The position numbers and the translations under genes were made by a program. The notes under the pieces were generated by a model. It was not told the DNA's origin. It ran no database searches and worked only from the letters and a program-made list of their open reading frames with translations. DNA of 64,000 bases from Ginglymostoma cirratum (Eukaryota): contig JAHRHZ010000283.1 in assembly GCA_024137785.1 (NCBI GenBank), positions 16,848,069-16,912,068 on the forward strand. The letters are read 5' to 3'. Shown here in pieces: positions 51,957 to 62,959 of the stretch (position 1 is its first letter; each line of letters opens with the position of its first letter).

Positions 51957-52356
51957 NNNNNNNNNNNNNNNNNNNNNNNNNNNNNNNNNNNNNNNNNNNN
52001 NNNNNNNNNNNNNNNNNNNNNNNNNNNNNNNNNNNNNNNNNNNNNNNNNNNNNNNNNNNNNNNNNNNNNNNNNNNNNNNNNNNNNNNNNNNNNNNNNNNN
52101 NNNNNNNNNNNNNNNNNNNNNNNNNNNNNNNNNNNNNNNNNNNNNNNNNNNNNNNNNNNNNNNNNNNNNNNNNNNNNNNNNNNNNNNNNNNNNNNNNNNN
52201 NNNNNNNNNNNNNNNNNNNNNNNNNNNNNNNNNNNNNNNNNNNNNNNNNNNNNNNNNNNNNNNNNNNNNNNNNNNNNNNNNNNNNNNNNNNNNNNNNNNN
52301 NNNNNNNNNNNNNNNNNNNNNNNNNNNNNNNNNNNNNNNNNNNNNNNNNNNNNNNN
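51957..52356. other. Assembly gap (400 N)
   Basis: Run of N. Confidence 1.
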
Positions 52357-53446
52357 AGTATTAGGATCCATGCATGGTAGTGGAATATATTATTGATACC
52401 AGGTGATAGCTTTCTGAGATGTTAAACTTTGTTTGTTTCAGCCTAACATAGTAATTCCATTCTTGCAACAGCTCTAAATGCTCAGTCACTATGGACATAG
52501 TCCCAGGTTCCCTTTACTGGCAATGTAGACCTTGTTTTATGTTCTCACTGTGTGAGTTTGTTAAATACTGACAATTTATGAATGAATGATTTACTGTCAC
52601 ATATATCTTGAAGTGAAAAGTGTTTTGTTGCCACAGTCCGGCACCATTTTGAATTACAATAAGGATAGAGAGAGCTTACTAAATCAGAGTTCATCTTCTG
52701 TTCAAATTGGGGTGTCAAGCACAGCTTCAGGGCTTCTGCAAGATCTATGCAAGGTAGGTTCCATGAACAGCAACAATGTTGCCAGTGCCCCAGCTCTGCT
52801 GCTGCTGCCATCTCAGCACCACCATCAAGAGTCTATGCTCCGGGCCTATTGCTGCCCGGACTCCAAGCTCCAAGCACCACCACTGCCATCAGAAGTCCCA
52901 GTCTACACCACAGCCCCCACTGTGCCAGCACCGATCTAGCATCAAAGATGATGAAGAAAAAAGGGAGAAGAAAAAGAAAAAAAAGTACAGAGAAAACAAT
53001 GCTATCGGCCTGGAGTGGACAAGCTCCGATGATTTGCACTGTACCATCGTCACTGCAGGGACTCGGAACATTAACAACTGGTATGAGATTGTGCAAAATC
53101 ACATTGGATCACTGTGTCTTGCAGTGACCAGGATGGGTTGTCACCATGTCAGCTCTGAACTGAATTCCAAGCCAGGCAAGAAGTTAGGATGCAAAGCAAA
53201 ATCTACTCCTCGGGCACACGCTTTCAGAAAATGTGTTGGCTTCGAATACCAAATGATGCAAAAGTATCAGAAGACCTTTATCAATTTTGTCCGCCTCTGC
53301 ATTTATAATTCTCAATCTGTGCATGGATGTAAGCTGAGGAAGTAAGCCTGGGTCCCGTGCTAATTATGTGCAAAAGGATCAAGCTCTCCTTCATTGGGTC
53401 CGATTGAATTTTTGTTTGTTTTTTGTGACGTTACTTATTTGTTAGA

Positions 53447-53810
53447 TGTTAGCTATGCCTGAGTGGTAGCACTGTTGCTGCTGAGTTGCATGGTTGTAGG
53501 TTAAGCTTCCATTCCAGAGATATGAACACAACATCTCGGCTGATTCACCAGTGACTTGTCATGGGAGGTCAAACTTGGGCTCTTTCTGCACTCTCTGGCA
53601 AATACAAAAGATTTTGTGGCACTATTTTGAAATAGAGTATGAGAGTCCTTGGCTATATTCATCTCGCAACCAATATCACTAAAACATGCACAGATTTCCT
53701 GCCGCATATGCTATGAGCATGACTACTTGACACAAAGTGCTTCCTTAGCTTAAAGCATTTAGGATGTTGTACGGTCATGAAAAGTTTCAATAAACGTCAA
53801 TTTTCTTTTC
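53447..53810 (+). mobile_element. DeuSINE/SacSINE-like SINE, near full length but decayed
   Basis: tRNA-like head gagtggtagcactgttgctgctgagt; Deu-like tggcactattttgaa...tccttggctatatt...caaccaatatcactaaaaca; tail taaagcatttaggatgt...ggtcatgaaa. Confidence 0.7.
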
Positions 53811-54808
53811 CATTTAAGATTTAAGACCATGGTCAGCTGTTGCTATTTTACTCCATTTTGACTTTGTTATCAGAAAATAAACTGCTATGCAGTAACACAT
53901 CCCAATGGATGTTGGTTCAGTTGATTCTCGAGCCTTTTCGGTGCTCTTGGGGGCATAATTTAAATTGGAGCAGTTCAGCACAGGGCACTGCCTTCAGCCT
54001 TTTGATATAATGTCACTTCAACTTGAAAGTCATTTTTATCCAGAAGCGTAAGTTCTTGTTTTTTTATATAATCCAAATGAACTTGTGGTATTTGGAAGAA
54101 ATGTCTCTGGAGAGCACTAATTGCTGTGCTTTGCATCACCAATATATCAGCAAGCTTAAATAAATGCCCAAAGCAGATTCTCCTGTTTTAGAAACCAATG
54201 TGAACAAATAGGACATATTTCTAATTCTGTCTGCGTTAAAAAATAATATTCCAAGGTGCCCGTGTCTCCTTCAAAGCAGCTGTTAGTGCTGAATGACTAC
54301 CTTTGACATAAGGTCTTCATTTCCTTTCATACTGTGCTATGTGGAGCCAGTAATATTGTCACAACAACTATAACCTCTCTTGAGCCTGCCGAAAGCATCA
54401 CACGGGAAACTGCCGAGTGGTGTGTAACCATTGGTGTTCCTCCACAGCACAGAGCTGTGATTGACAAAAATAATATTGTGAGATACGTCTGCTTCTTTTA
54501 GAGATTGGTGTCCAGCAGAGGCAATGCATGGAGACAGGGAAGAAAATAGTCCCCTTCCACGCAGAAGTGGATCCTTCCCATGTTAATACAGAGATGCTTT
54601 TCTCGGAGCCGAGAACCAGCAGCAGTTTGAGAAAACGGAAGCCCGTACCTATTAATACTCAAAGACCAAATAACTGTAGAAATTGCCAAGACTTTGCAAT
54701 GCACTAGAGACTGAGTTCAGCTATTACTTTAGTATTTGTTGCAGTCAAAAGCATTCATGATGTTGTTGTCAAATTTACTTCTGGAATTTCCATCAGATTT
54801 GCAGTTGA

Positions 54809-55170
54809 AGACCAGAAGATAAAGGAGCAGAAGTAGGCCATTCAGCCCATCAAGTCTTTTTGGTCATTCAGCGTGATTGTGGCTGATCTGATAACCCTCA
54901 CATCCACGTTCCTCCCTTTCCCCACAATCATTGACACCCTTACTGATTAAAATTCTGTCCATCTTGGCCTTGAAAATGACCCAGCTTCCACAACCCTCTG
55001 CAGGAAAGAATTCCACAAATTCACTACCCTCTGAGCAAAGAAATTCCTCCTCATCTCTGTCTTAAAAGTACAATTCCTTATTCTGAGATTATGCCGTCTG
55101 GTGTCTCCAACAAGGGCGAATAAGCTGTCAAGTCTTGGAAGAAACTTTCTTGTTTCAATAAGGTTGCCCA
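54809..55170 (-). mobile_element. CR1 3' fragment
   Basis: ORF 54947-55171 TRRHNLRIR...FKTEMRRNFF.QRVVNLWNS; tail ggagcagaagtaggccattcagccc. Confidence 0.9.
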
Positions 55171-56149
55171 CAAGAGCATTGACTGCAGATCGCTTGACTC
55201 TTAACTGTCAAGGCATTGCCATGGAGAGATCAACAGAGACTTAGAGGCTCCCACATTCCCATTTAATTCAGAAAACAAATTGCAAGTCTTGAACAAGTTG
55301 TGCTCTGTGAACAAAAGCAGAAAAAATTGATGGGCCTGTCGTTCACTTGCTTTCATCTTGATGCAGTGCCTCAAATAATGAGAATTCACCAAGATTTTTT
55401 GTTCAGTCACATAATTTGTAGCAATGGCTTGCAACTTTCCACTCTTGGATTTGTCCTCAAGAGCTTCAAGAATGTTCATGTTCCCAGTTACTATCAAGTA
55501 GGATACGTCATCAAACACTTCTGCCTGACTTCACACAAAAATCTGCAAGACCATTTCTGGCCGTTGATAATTCGGATGGGAAGAGAAACATTAAGGTAGA
55601 AACTGTAGGTTGAACCTGCCCATAGAGGGCGTTGCTGCTCCCCTTCCCTGCATCGATGCTTTGAACAATTCAGAGGCATCTCTATCCATTGCTTTCCTTT
55701 AACGTTTGCGTGGAAATAATAACAAAAATATCCACCCAAATGGAAGACTGGTGAAGAAATTTTAAACTCATTTATTTATTTTAAGGCTAGTGGATGTTTT
55801 AATTTGTTTTTAATCTCTTGCATTTAAGGTGATGCTGTATTGATCCTGTGGAAGTGATACAGTCAGGTCATGTAGTATTCATCAAGGCAAGTAATAGAAT
55901 TTTACAAATGTTTATTGACCTTCAATTTAACTTAGCTGCAGGAAAAATTTTAGCCACATGTTTTAAAAAAAAAAATGCAGTGGATAGAAAGCAGTTTAAA
56001 AGTCAGAGCTGACATCTTTTTGTCTTGAGCAGTAGGGTGATACCTGATGGGCAAAAGAGGTGACAGAAGCAAGTAATAGGTATCCCTTTTGGTCAAGTAG
56101 CATTGACGTTCAGTCCTTGCAGTCAGATAGAAATGGAAAGAAAAAAATG

Positions 56150-56273
56150 AAGAATCCAAATGCTCGAAATCAGAAATAAAAAACAGAAATTTCTGGAAAA
56201 GCTCAGCAGGTCTGGCACAATCTGTGGAGAGGAAGCAAAGTTGATATCTCGGGTCCGGTGACCCTTCTGCAGA
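56150..56273 (-). mobile_element. Single-arm Penelope-like element (family A)
   Basis: ctggaaaagctcagcaggtctggca...cgggtccggtgacccttctgcagaa; stem II intact, core decayed. Confidence 0.75.
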
Positions 56274-56556
56274 AGAAGGAAAATCAGCAATGCAATGAAG
56301 GGGAAAATTCCACTATCGTTCCTTAATTTCAAGTTTAAGAGAAGATCCCATATTCCTCCGAGGTCATAATTTTGACATCAGCAAACCATGGACTCATTGA
56401 GCAAAGCTATAACATTATTGCGCATCTGTAGAATTGGATAACTCGGCGGTTTTGAACCGTGAACTGAAACGGATTTTAACCTGGGCTGATGCTGACAGCA
56501 GTTTTGGCATAAACTCTTCGATCTTCTTTTGAGAGTGGCCAGCTTTTACATTATGG

Positions 56557-56708
56557 CAAATAAAAACCGAAAGAACAGCGGATGCTGTAAATCAGGAAAA
56601 CAGAACTTGCTGGAAAAGCTCAGCAGGTCTGGCAACATCTGTGAGGAAAAAATCGGAGTTAACGTTTTGGCTCCGGTGACCCTTCCTCAGAACCGTTTTT
56701 GTTTGTGT
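56557..56708 (-). mobile_element. Penelope-like element (family A) with exact 13-bp TSD and hammerhead-like motif at 56656-56694
   Basis: ttttacattatgg at 56544-56556 and 56709-56721; reverse strand GTT-CTGAGGA-A-GGGTC-ACCG-GAGCC-AAAA-CGTT-AAC. Confidence 0.85.
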
Positions 56709-57184
56709 TTTTACATTATGGTGCTGGATTGAAATGTTTGTGATTCAGAATCACAATTACTCATTGTTTTCGATATGAATGCTTGTTCTGACTTGTAGCT
56801 GAGAGGAGTGTGCACAATGAAGCTCTTATTGAAGAAGAAAACGAACAGCTAATGTGCATTTCTGAGCTATCAGTCAATTCCACTCCAGTATATCCTAGTA
56901 GCAAGTGAATCCCTCATGGGAAGAATACTGCGAACTCACCTCCCAATTCTCCCTTTTACATTTGCGCAGCACATAGAAGCTAGTGCGTTGAACAAAGTGA
57001 GAGAGAAATAGGATAAAAACTGTTTGAACCGAACGTGGAACCGCGACAGTCATCTAAATGGGTGTGTTTCAATCCAACAAGGAGAGCCAGTTTGGCTCCA
57101 GGATCAGTTTTGCTGTGGACATGTAGTTGAACAAATACAGCACACCCACTGACCTGTCTTAACTAAACCGAGCACAGTATGGTG

Positions 57185-58242
57185 ATCATCATCACCGGCG
57201 GTCCTGCACAGATGAGGATGACTCTCTGTTGTGCTCAGCGTGAGCCCGTAGGTGGCTGTACAGGCAGATGCGGCTCGCGCAGGCTCTATTATACTTGGGG
57301 CAGGTGGTAGTCACGATAAGGAGTGGGTGGGGCGTTGGTGTGGCAGTGCGCTCCTTTCACTATTTGCGCCTGCCTTCCACTTTTTCCCGACAGTAAGTGT
57401 CGAGGTGCCCGACTCCTTCCTGGATGCTCCTCCTCCACTTTGGATGGTCTTGCACCAGTGATTCCCAGCTGTCTGTGGGAATGTCGCACTTCACTAGTGA
57501 GGCCTTGAGCGGATCATTGAAGCACTTCCTCTGTCCACCTGGGGCTCACCTACTGTTTTGAAGCTGGGAGTAGAGCACCTGCTTGGGGAACCTCGTGTCG
57601 ATCATGCGGACGAAATGACCAGCCCATTGTAGCCAATCAAGTGTGTTCAGTGCCTCGGTGCTGGGGATGTTGACCTGGCTGAGGACACTGGAATTGGTGT
57701 GTCTTTATTCCCAGGATTTTCAGGATCCTGCACGGGCAGCTCTGGTGGCATTGCTCCAGTGCCGTGAGGTATCCGCTGTAGACAGTCCGCATCTCAGAGC
57801 CATAAAGGATGGTGGGGACCACGGGCTTGATGTCAGATCCGATGTTGTTGTCCTCGAACACTTTTTCCGTAGGTGGCACTAGCCTGCTGGAGGCGATGAT
57901 GAACCTGGCTGACAGGATGCTCCTGAGGTATCGGTAGTGGTCAACATTATCGGTGGTCTCCCTGTGGACCCTGACGGTCAAGCATTTGCTCTAAAATGCC
58001 AGGCCAGGTTGGTGAAGGGCCTTCATCTTGCGGAAATTCAGGGTGAAGCCCATGCGCTGTCATGCTTGTGTAAAGCTGCTGACGATGGTGTGGAACTCCC
58101 TGCTGGGGTGGAGCTAACTTACAGAACCTGTGGGGGAAGTCATTCAACCTCCATCACCTTCAAGCCAAAGCCAGAGTCACCCCAATCAGTGTCATCGAGC
58201 TGCAGTAAGCAGGTGATGCTTGTGTATGTGCAACCTCAGAGG
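57185..58242 (-). mobile_element. RTE (BovB/Expander-like) LINE 3' part with inverted 5' segment
   Basis: Minus strand MGFTLNFRK.K.LHQP, NVDHY.YL.SILS, VVPTILYGSE, CRILKI and (atg)n-like tail at about 57185; plus strand 58097-58242 LPAGVELTYRT and VIELQ*AGDA (decayed YADD). Confidence 0.88.
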
Positions 58243-58776
58243 GTGTATTCTCGTTTGGTGAGACAGAACAGACGTGTACCGGATGGCATACAGAGGTGAC
58301 CTCCTCCCCAGTCAAAGCGGCCATTGACATCATCAAATCAACTGGAAATGCTGCATTCTGCTGCTGATATAATTGTCTTCCTGCTCAGTAGACTCTGAGA
58401 AATAGAGCCTCCTGTGTCTTCCCAGGGAGAGGAGGATACGTTTTGGTTGACGTCTGAAGCTGCCACAATGGTTGTTCGTAGGAACAGAATGGAAGAAGAA
58501 AAAAATGATGGATCACAACACTGTACAATTGAAAGTTTGAGGTCTGTTTGATTTCCACGATCTAAAAATGGAAACCTGAGACTTGAAGGAAGATGTAGGA
58601 TAAGGAGTTACATTGGACTTTGAGTTGTTAATGGGTTTATTCTAATCGTTTCGTATGCTATTCAACTATTGTGGACATCGTTATAGGAAGTGAATGTAAC
58701 ATGACATAATTTGATGCCTAATAAAGCCTTGTGAAAAATGCAAGGTGGAGCAATAACATTTACTGTTTCACAGACC

Positions 58777-58966
58777 TCTGCAGTTAGCTCAGTCGACTTG
58801 ATGGCTCCCAACAGCACAGGTACAATTCCTGTTCCGATCGAAGTAGACTTGGGACCTCCATCCTTGCCTGCCCCTTGTTTGATGTGGAGTGGTGTCCTTA
58901 AGCTGCGTAACCACTTGTTTTCAACAGTCAGGGAGCCTGTGGTCTCTCTGGACTACGGACAATTTC
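58777..58966 (+). mobile_element. tRNA-derived SINE (21250 family)
   Basis: cagttagctcagt head, caacagcacaggtacaattcctg, 3' ctctctggactacggacaattt. Confidence 0.6.
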
Positions 58967-59969
58967 AAACCTACCTACACAATCATGGTAACGGTGTGTT
59001 GCAATGCGGACTTCCTTGCTATCGTTATCAGATAGATGAAGCACGAGGAAGTAACCTGAAGTATCTGGCCTGGTGACTGTCATTGAATTCCACCTTTATT
59101 CTTCTCCTCCTCCTTGTTTTTCCATTCATTTACAAGCCACAGCTGATTTCTTCTTCTCGTCCCACTTTGGATTCAATCCACCTCCATTTCCCCGCTTAAT
59201 TAACTGCATGTTGAAATGAAGTTTCTAACACCAGCCAAATACCAATCAATTTGGCTCTGGGTTCTGTTTGTTTCCTGGCAAAACCACCAGTGCTTCCCTG
59301 CCCACCAGGTAGAATCTTCCTCCCACTCCAATCGTAATGAAGCCTGCGGTGAAATTATAATCAGTCTTTCCTTCCAAGTAAATGAATCAATGACTGCAGT
59401 CAAATTTCTCTCAGGCAAAGTTAGTAAAAACTTTTTTTAAAAAATTGCATACAATAACAGATCGATTGTAATGCAATGCCTTTCCCATGTTGGTTGCAGA
59501 GGTTACATCTTGTCAGCAAATATCTTGGCCCACACCAGAAAACATTTTCCAGCTCAGACTTCAGGTTATTTGATGTTGTTTGCAGGGGATTTCCGTTACA
59601 TAGACAAGTCAAAATTTGCGGTGGAAAAGTGCGGTTTGTTGAGTAACTATCGTGGCCAGTTGCATTGATCTCTAAGCATGTTCGACTGAGTTGTATCTCT
59701 CGCCTTTGGAAGTAGTGACCGATTTGAAAAGCTTATCTCCTGATCAGTACAATGAAGAGGTATTGCTGTTTTGTTTACTGTTCGTTGTGATATCTAATTC
59801 AACAAGCTTAAGCCACACACCCCCGAATTGCAGATGACTACGCTATTGAGAGCAAAGAGATAAAGAACTGAAATCTTTCTATATTGCTGGTGTCAAGGAC
59901 ACTTTGTGTCTATACTAATGACTGTCAAATGATGATGCCCCCTTCTATATGTATATAAATAATAATTAA

Positions 59970-60790
59970 CTGGGGGCAGTGCACGTCTAAAGAAATTTAG
60001 ATGGTCTGTGTATCCAGATCACTAAAATCCAAAAAATGGCTAATGAAATGTTAGCTTTTGTAAGTAGAGGGTTAGAATGGAAAGGGTGAATGTTTCACTG
60101 TTGCTGTAAAAGAACTTTGTTAATACTGGATGCTGAGTGGAGTTCTATGCAATGAAGTTTAGGAGTATTTACCTTGAAACCTCTATAAAGGTTCACCAGG
60201 CCATAACCAATGTTACAGTCGACCATGAGAGGCTCAATAAATTAGGCCTGTGAGCCCTGAGGAGTAAAGGTGTGACATGTCGGCTCAGTGGTTAACACCG
60301 ATGCCTCACAGCGCGAGGGACCTGTATTCGATTCCAGCGTCGTGCGACGGTCTGTGTGGGTTTCTGTTGGGTGCCCTGGCTTCTGGGCATAGTCCAAAGA
60401 TGTGCAGGCTAGGTGGATTAGCCATGGCTAATGCAAGGTTGGGTCTGGGTGGGATGTTCTTCAGAGGGTCAGTGTGTGGTTGGTGTGGAGTCAATGGGCT
60501 GAATGGCCTGCTTCCACTCTGTAGGGATTCTACAATTTTATGAATATCGAAGCTAATTAAATTGATGTCTGTATATTTAAATGAATTGATTAAATCAAAA
60601 CATCTTTCCACTTCTGTGGGAACGTATAGAGCAGAGAGATGTAACCTTAAACTCAGAACTTAACAACGTAGTCAAAATGTTTGGTAACACTGCTTTACAT
60701 GCCGTTTGGTGGAAGTGAGGAACTCTGTCTCATCTAAAATGCAAGTTGAATGAGTAATGTTAATCCAGAAATTGATGGATTTTTGCTAAT
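59970..60790 (+). mobile_element. Old CR1 3' fragment interrupted by HE1 SINE
   Basis: aaaatggctaatgaaatgttagcttt...agagggttagaat; aaggttcaccagg; resumes after 60545. Confidence 0.6.
60270..60543 (+). mobile_element. HE1 SINE with internal deletion
   Basis: ggctcagtggttaacac.gatgcctcacagcgc head, ttcgattcc B box, agtccaaagatgtgcaggctaggtggattagccatgg, tail aatggcctgcttccactctgtagggattcta. Confidence 0.88.
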
Positions 60791-60881
60791 CATCTGAAGC
60801 ATGAACTTCTGCACACCCAGGAGAAGGTGAATGTTGCCCAGGACCCAGAGGGAAGCGTGTAGCGTGGAATTTCAAATCAAA

Positions 60882-61300
60882 TCAAAATATTGCAGATGCT
60901 GGAAATCTGAAAGAAGCACAGACAATGCTGGATGTCCTCAGCAGATCTGGCAGCATATGCAGGGAGAGAAACAGAGCTAATTATGAAGAAAGATAGAGAT
61001 AACAAGGTGTAGGGCTGGATGAACACAGCAGGCCAAGCAGCATCAGAGGAGCAGGAAGGCTGACGTTTCGGGACTAGACCCTTCAGAAATTCAGATGCTT
61101 TCTGATGCTGCTTGGCCTGCTGTGTTCGTCCAGCTCTACACCTTGTTAGCTCAGATTCTCCAGCATCTGCAGTTCCTACTATCTCTTTATTCTGAAGAAG
61201 AATCTTACTGGACTCAGAAATGTTAACTCTGTTGCTCTGTCCACAGACACTACCAGACCTCCTGCATTTGTCCAGCATTTTCTGTGTTTGTCCATCTTTG
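60882..61300. mobile_element. Outer fold-back Penelope-like element (family A-like) split by nested insertion
   Basis: Left arm 60885-60980 (tgcagatgctggaaatctg...tctggcagc...gagagaaacagagctaa); right arm 61191-61300 (ctgaagaag...gaaatgttaactctgtt...ccagacct...tccagcattttctgtg). Confidence 0.75.
60994..61187. mobile_element. Inner fold-back Penelope-like element (family B)
   Basis: agataacaaggtgtagggctggatgaacacagcaggccaagcagcatcaga and its reverse complement at 61101-61152; minus-strand GGGTCTAGTCCC-GAAAC-GTC at 61062-61081. Confidence 0.85.
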
Positions 61301-62959
61301 GAATCGCAGATGAAATACCCTGGAAGTGACAGCAAGTGATCAGACTGTAGTTTGGGGCAATGCGAAAAATGCTCTCGTTGTAACTATTTCAGAAATAATT
61401 AGCTGATTCCAATTGAAAGCCTCTGGGTGCTCTCATTGACGGTGGGCTGAGAAGTGCGAAAGGGATTTAATTCGGCATAGTGGTGGTACACTTGAATCAT
61501 TAGAATTCAGTTCCATTTCGGCCCACGGTCAACCATCCTGTTTTCCACCAATTGAGACTCTTAGGTGACCAGATAATGACCAGTGAAAGCCTTCATGCCA
61601 CAGCTACTGGCTTTAACCCAGTTATAAGTGAGCTTGTTGGCATACAGAAACCATGGCAGGCCACAAAAGGGACTCTGTGTCCAATCAAAGGTCTGGACAT
61701 CAGGAGGGTACCCGAACCTTTCCCACCTTACTTACTGAGACCTCCGCAAATTTGGGACTCCAGGAGACATCCTTCCAGCTGCACCCGCAGCTTTCTCAAA
61801 GGTACTGACGAGAGAAAGAGAAGGCAGCCTCTGAGTGGTCAACAGAACAGTTGCAATGTCGCTCCCAGGGTCTTGATCTCATGTGAACATCCCATTGACG
61901 CCTTGCCACTGCCGCCTCAGCATGTGGTTCAGTGGAGAATCCCAAGAGGAGGCAGCCTCGATCTCTAGTTGGTTCAACAGTAGTCACGAAGCAGGACTGC
62001 TGAGCCCACAGCAAGGTCCGTGTTATGGTGTACCACTTGTGGGTCAGGTGGTACCACTGTTAAGTTCTCAAAGTGCAAACCTGTCTTCATTTTTTTGAGC
62101 AGCTTAGTTTGTCAGATTTTAACGAAGAGACTTTGCTCTCAACTATTTTCGCTGTTGCAGTGAGCAATTCATTCTTTAACCTTTGAAAATGTAGTTGTGA
62201 CTTAATGCTTTTAATTCAAGTTACTTGTTGACATATTGTCCTTTCTGCTTTAGGTTTGAGGTTTGATTTTCAGCCCAGAATGTCAGGAGAAATGTATCTG
62301 TTCTCAGTGATAGAAGTGCTAATTGTCCACTTTACTCCGTCATAGCCTCACTCCCCGTAGGTGAAGTCCACAATCAGACGTATGGAATAACTATACATAA
62401 TAGCCACAAAAGATGTCACTCTCATGTAAATGAGAAAGGTAAATGTCAGATTTGTGAAATGGAGATCGTGCATTAACAATTCTCAAAGGGGCATTGTTGG
62501 TGAAACATAAACGGTGCTGTGCTGTACCCTCATTCTGTTTGATATGTGACTCAGAAGTTGCATTTACTGAGGCTGGATATGAAAAAGAATTGAGAGAATT
62601 TCTGCAACATGGACACCATTGGCTGAGAGTGACATGGGAAAAGAAACCTTTATTTTTCATTTTGCCTGGCATTGTTTTCTTTGGAACTGAGGAAACAGAG
62701 AAAATTTAATTGAGGTACAAAAAATTTTGATGGATTGGAAAAAGTCTCCTATTTTCTCAATGCTCCTAATGTGTGGCACTACCGCTGTGATAATTAGGAT
62801 AATTTTTCAGATTTAACAAATCAAAACTAAGAATCCATGAGGTCCTGTGGGCCCTCAGCAGCAACAGAATTGATTCGACCATAATCTCTAATTCCGGGGT
62901 CCAGCATTCCCCCTCCCTTGCTGCTGTCATCGAGCCAAGGGCGTTGCCCTGGTTCAATG

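Noticed and set aside
51862-52396. Three long ORFs in the ORF track
   Set aside because: Artefacts of translating the N gap.
52776-53345. 189-aa ORF with Lys-rich stretch
   Set aside because: Arises from A-rich low-complexity sequence in what looks like a repeat-derived block; overlapping ORFs in several frames and no recognisable domain.
55201-55518. 105-aa minus-strand ORF with protein-like composition
   Set aside because: GTG start, in-frame stop just upstream, no splice signals or family motif that I can identify.
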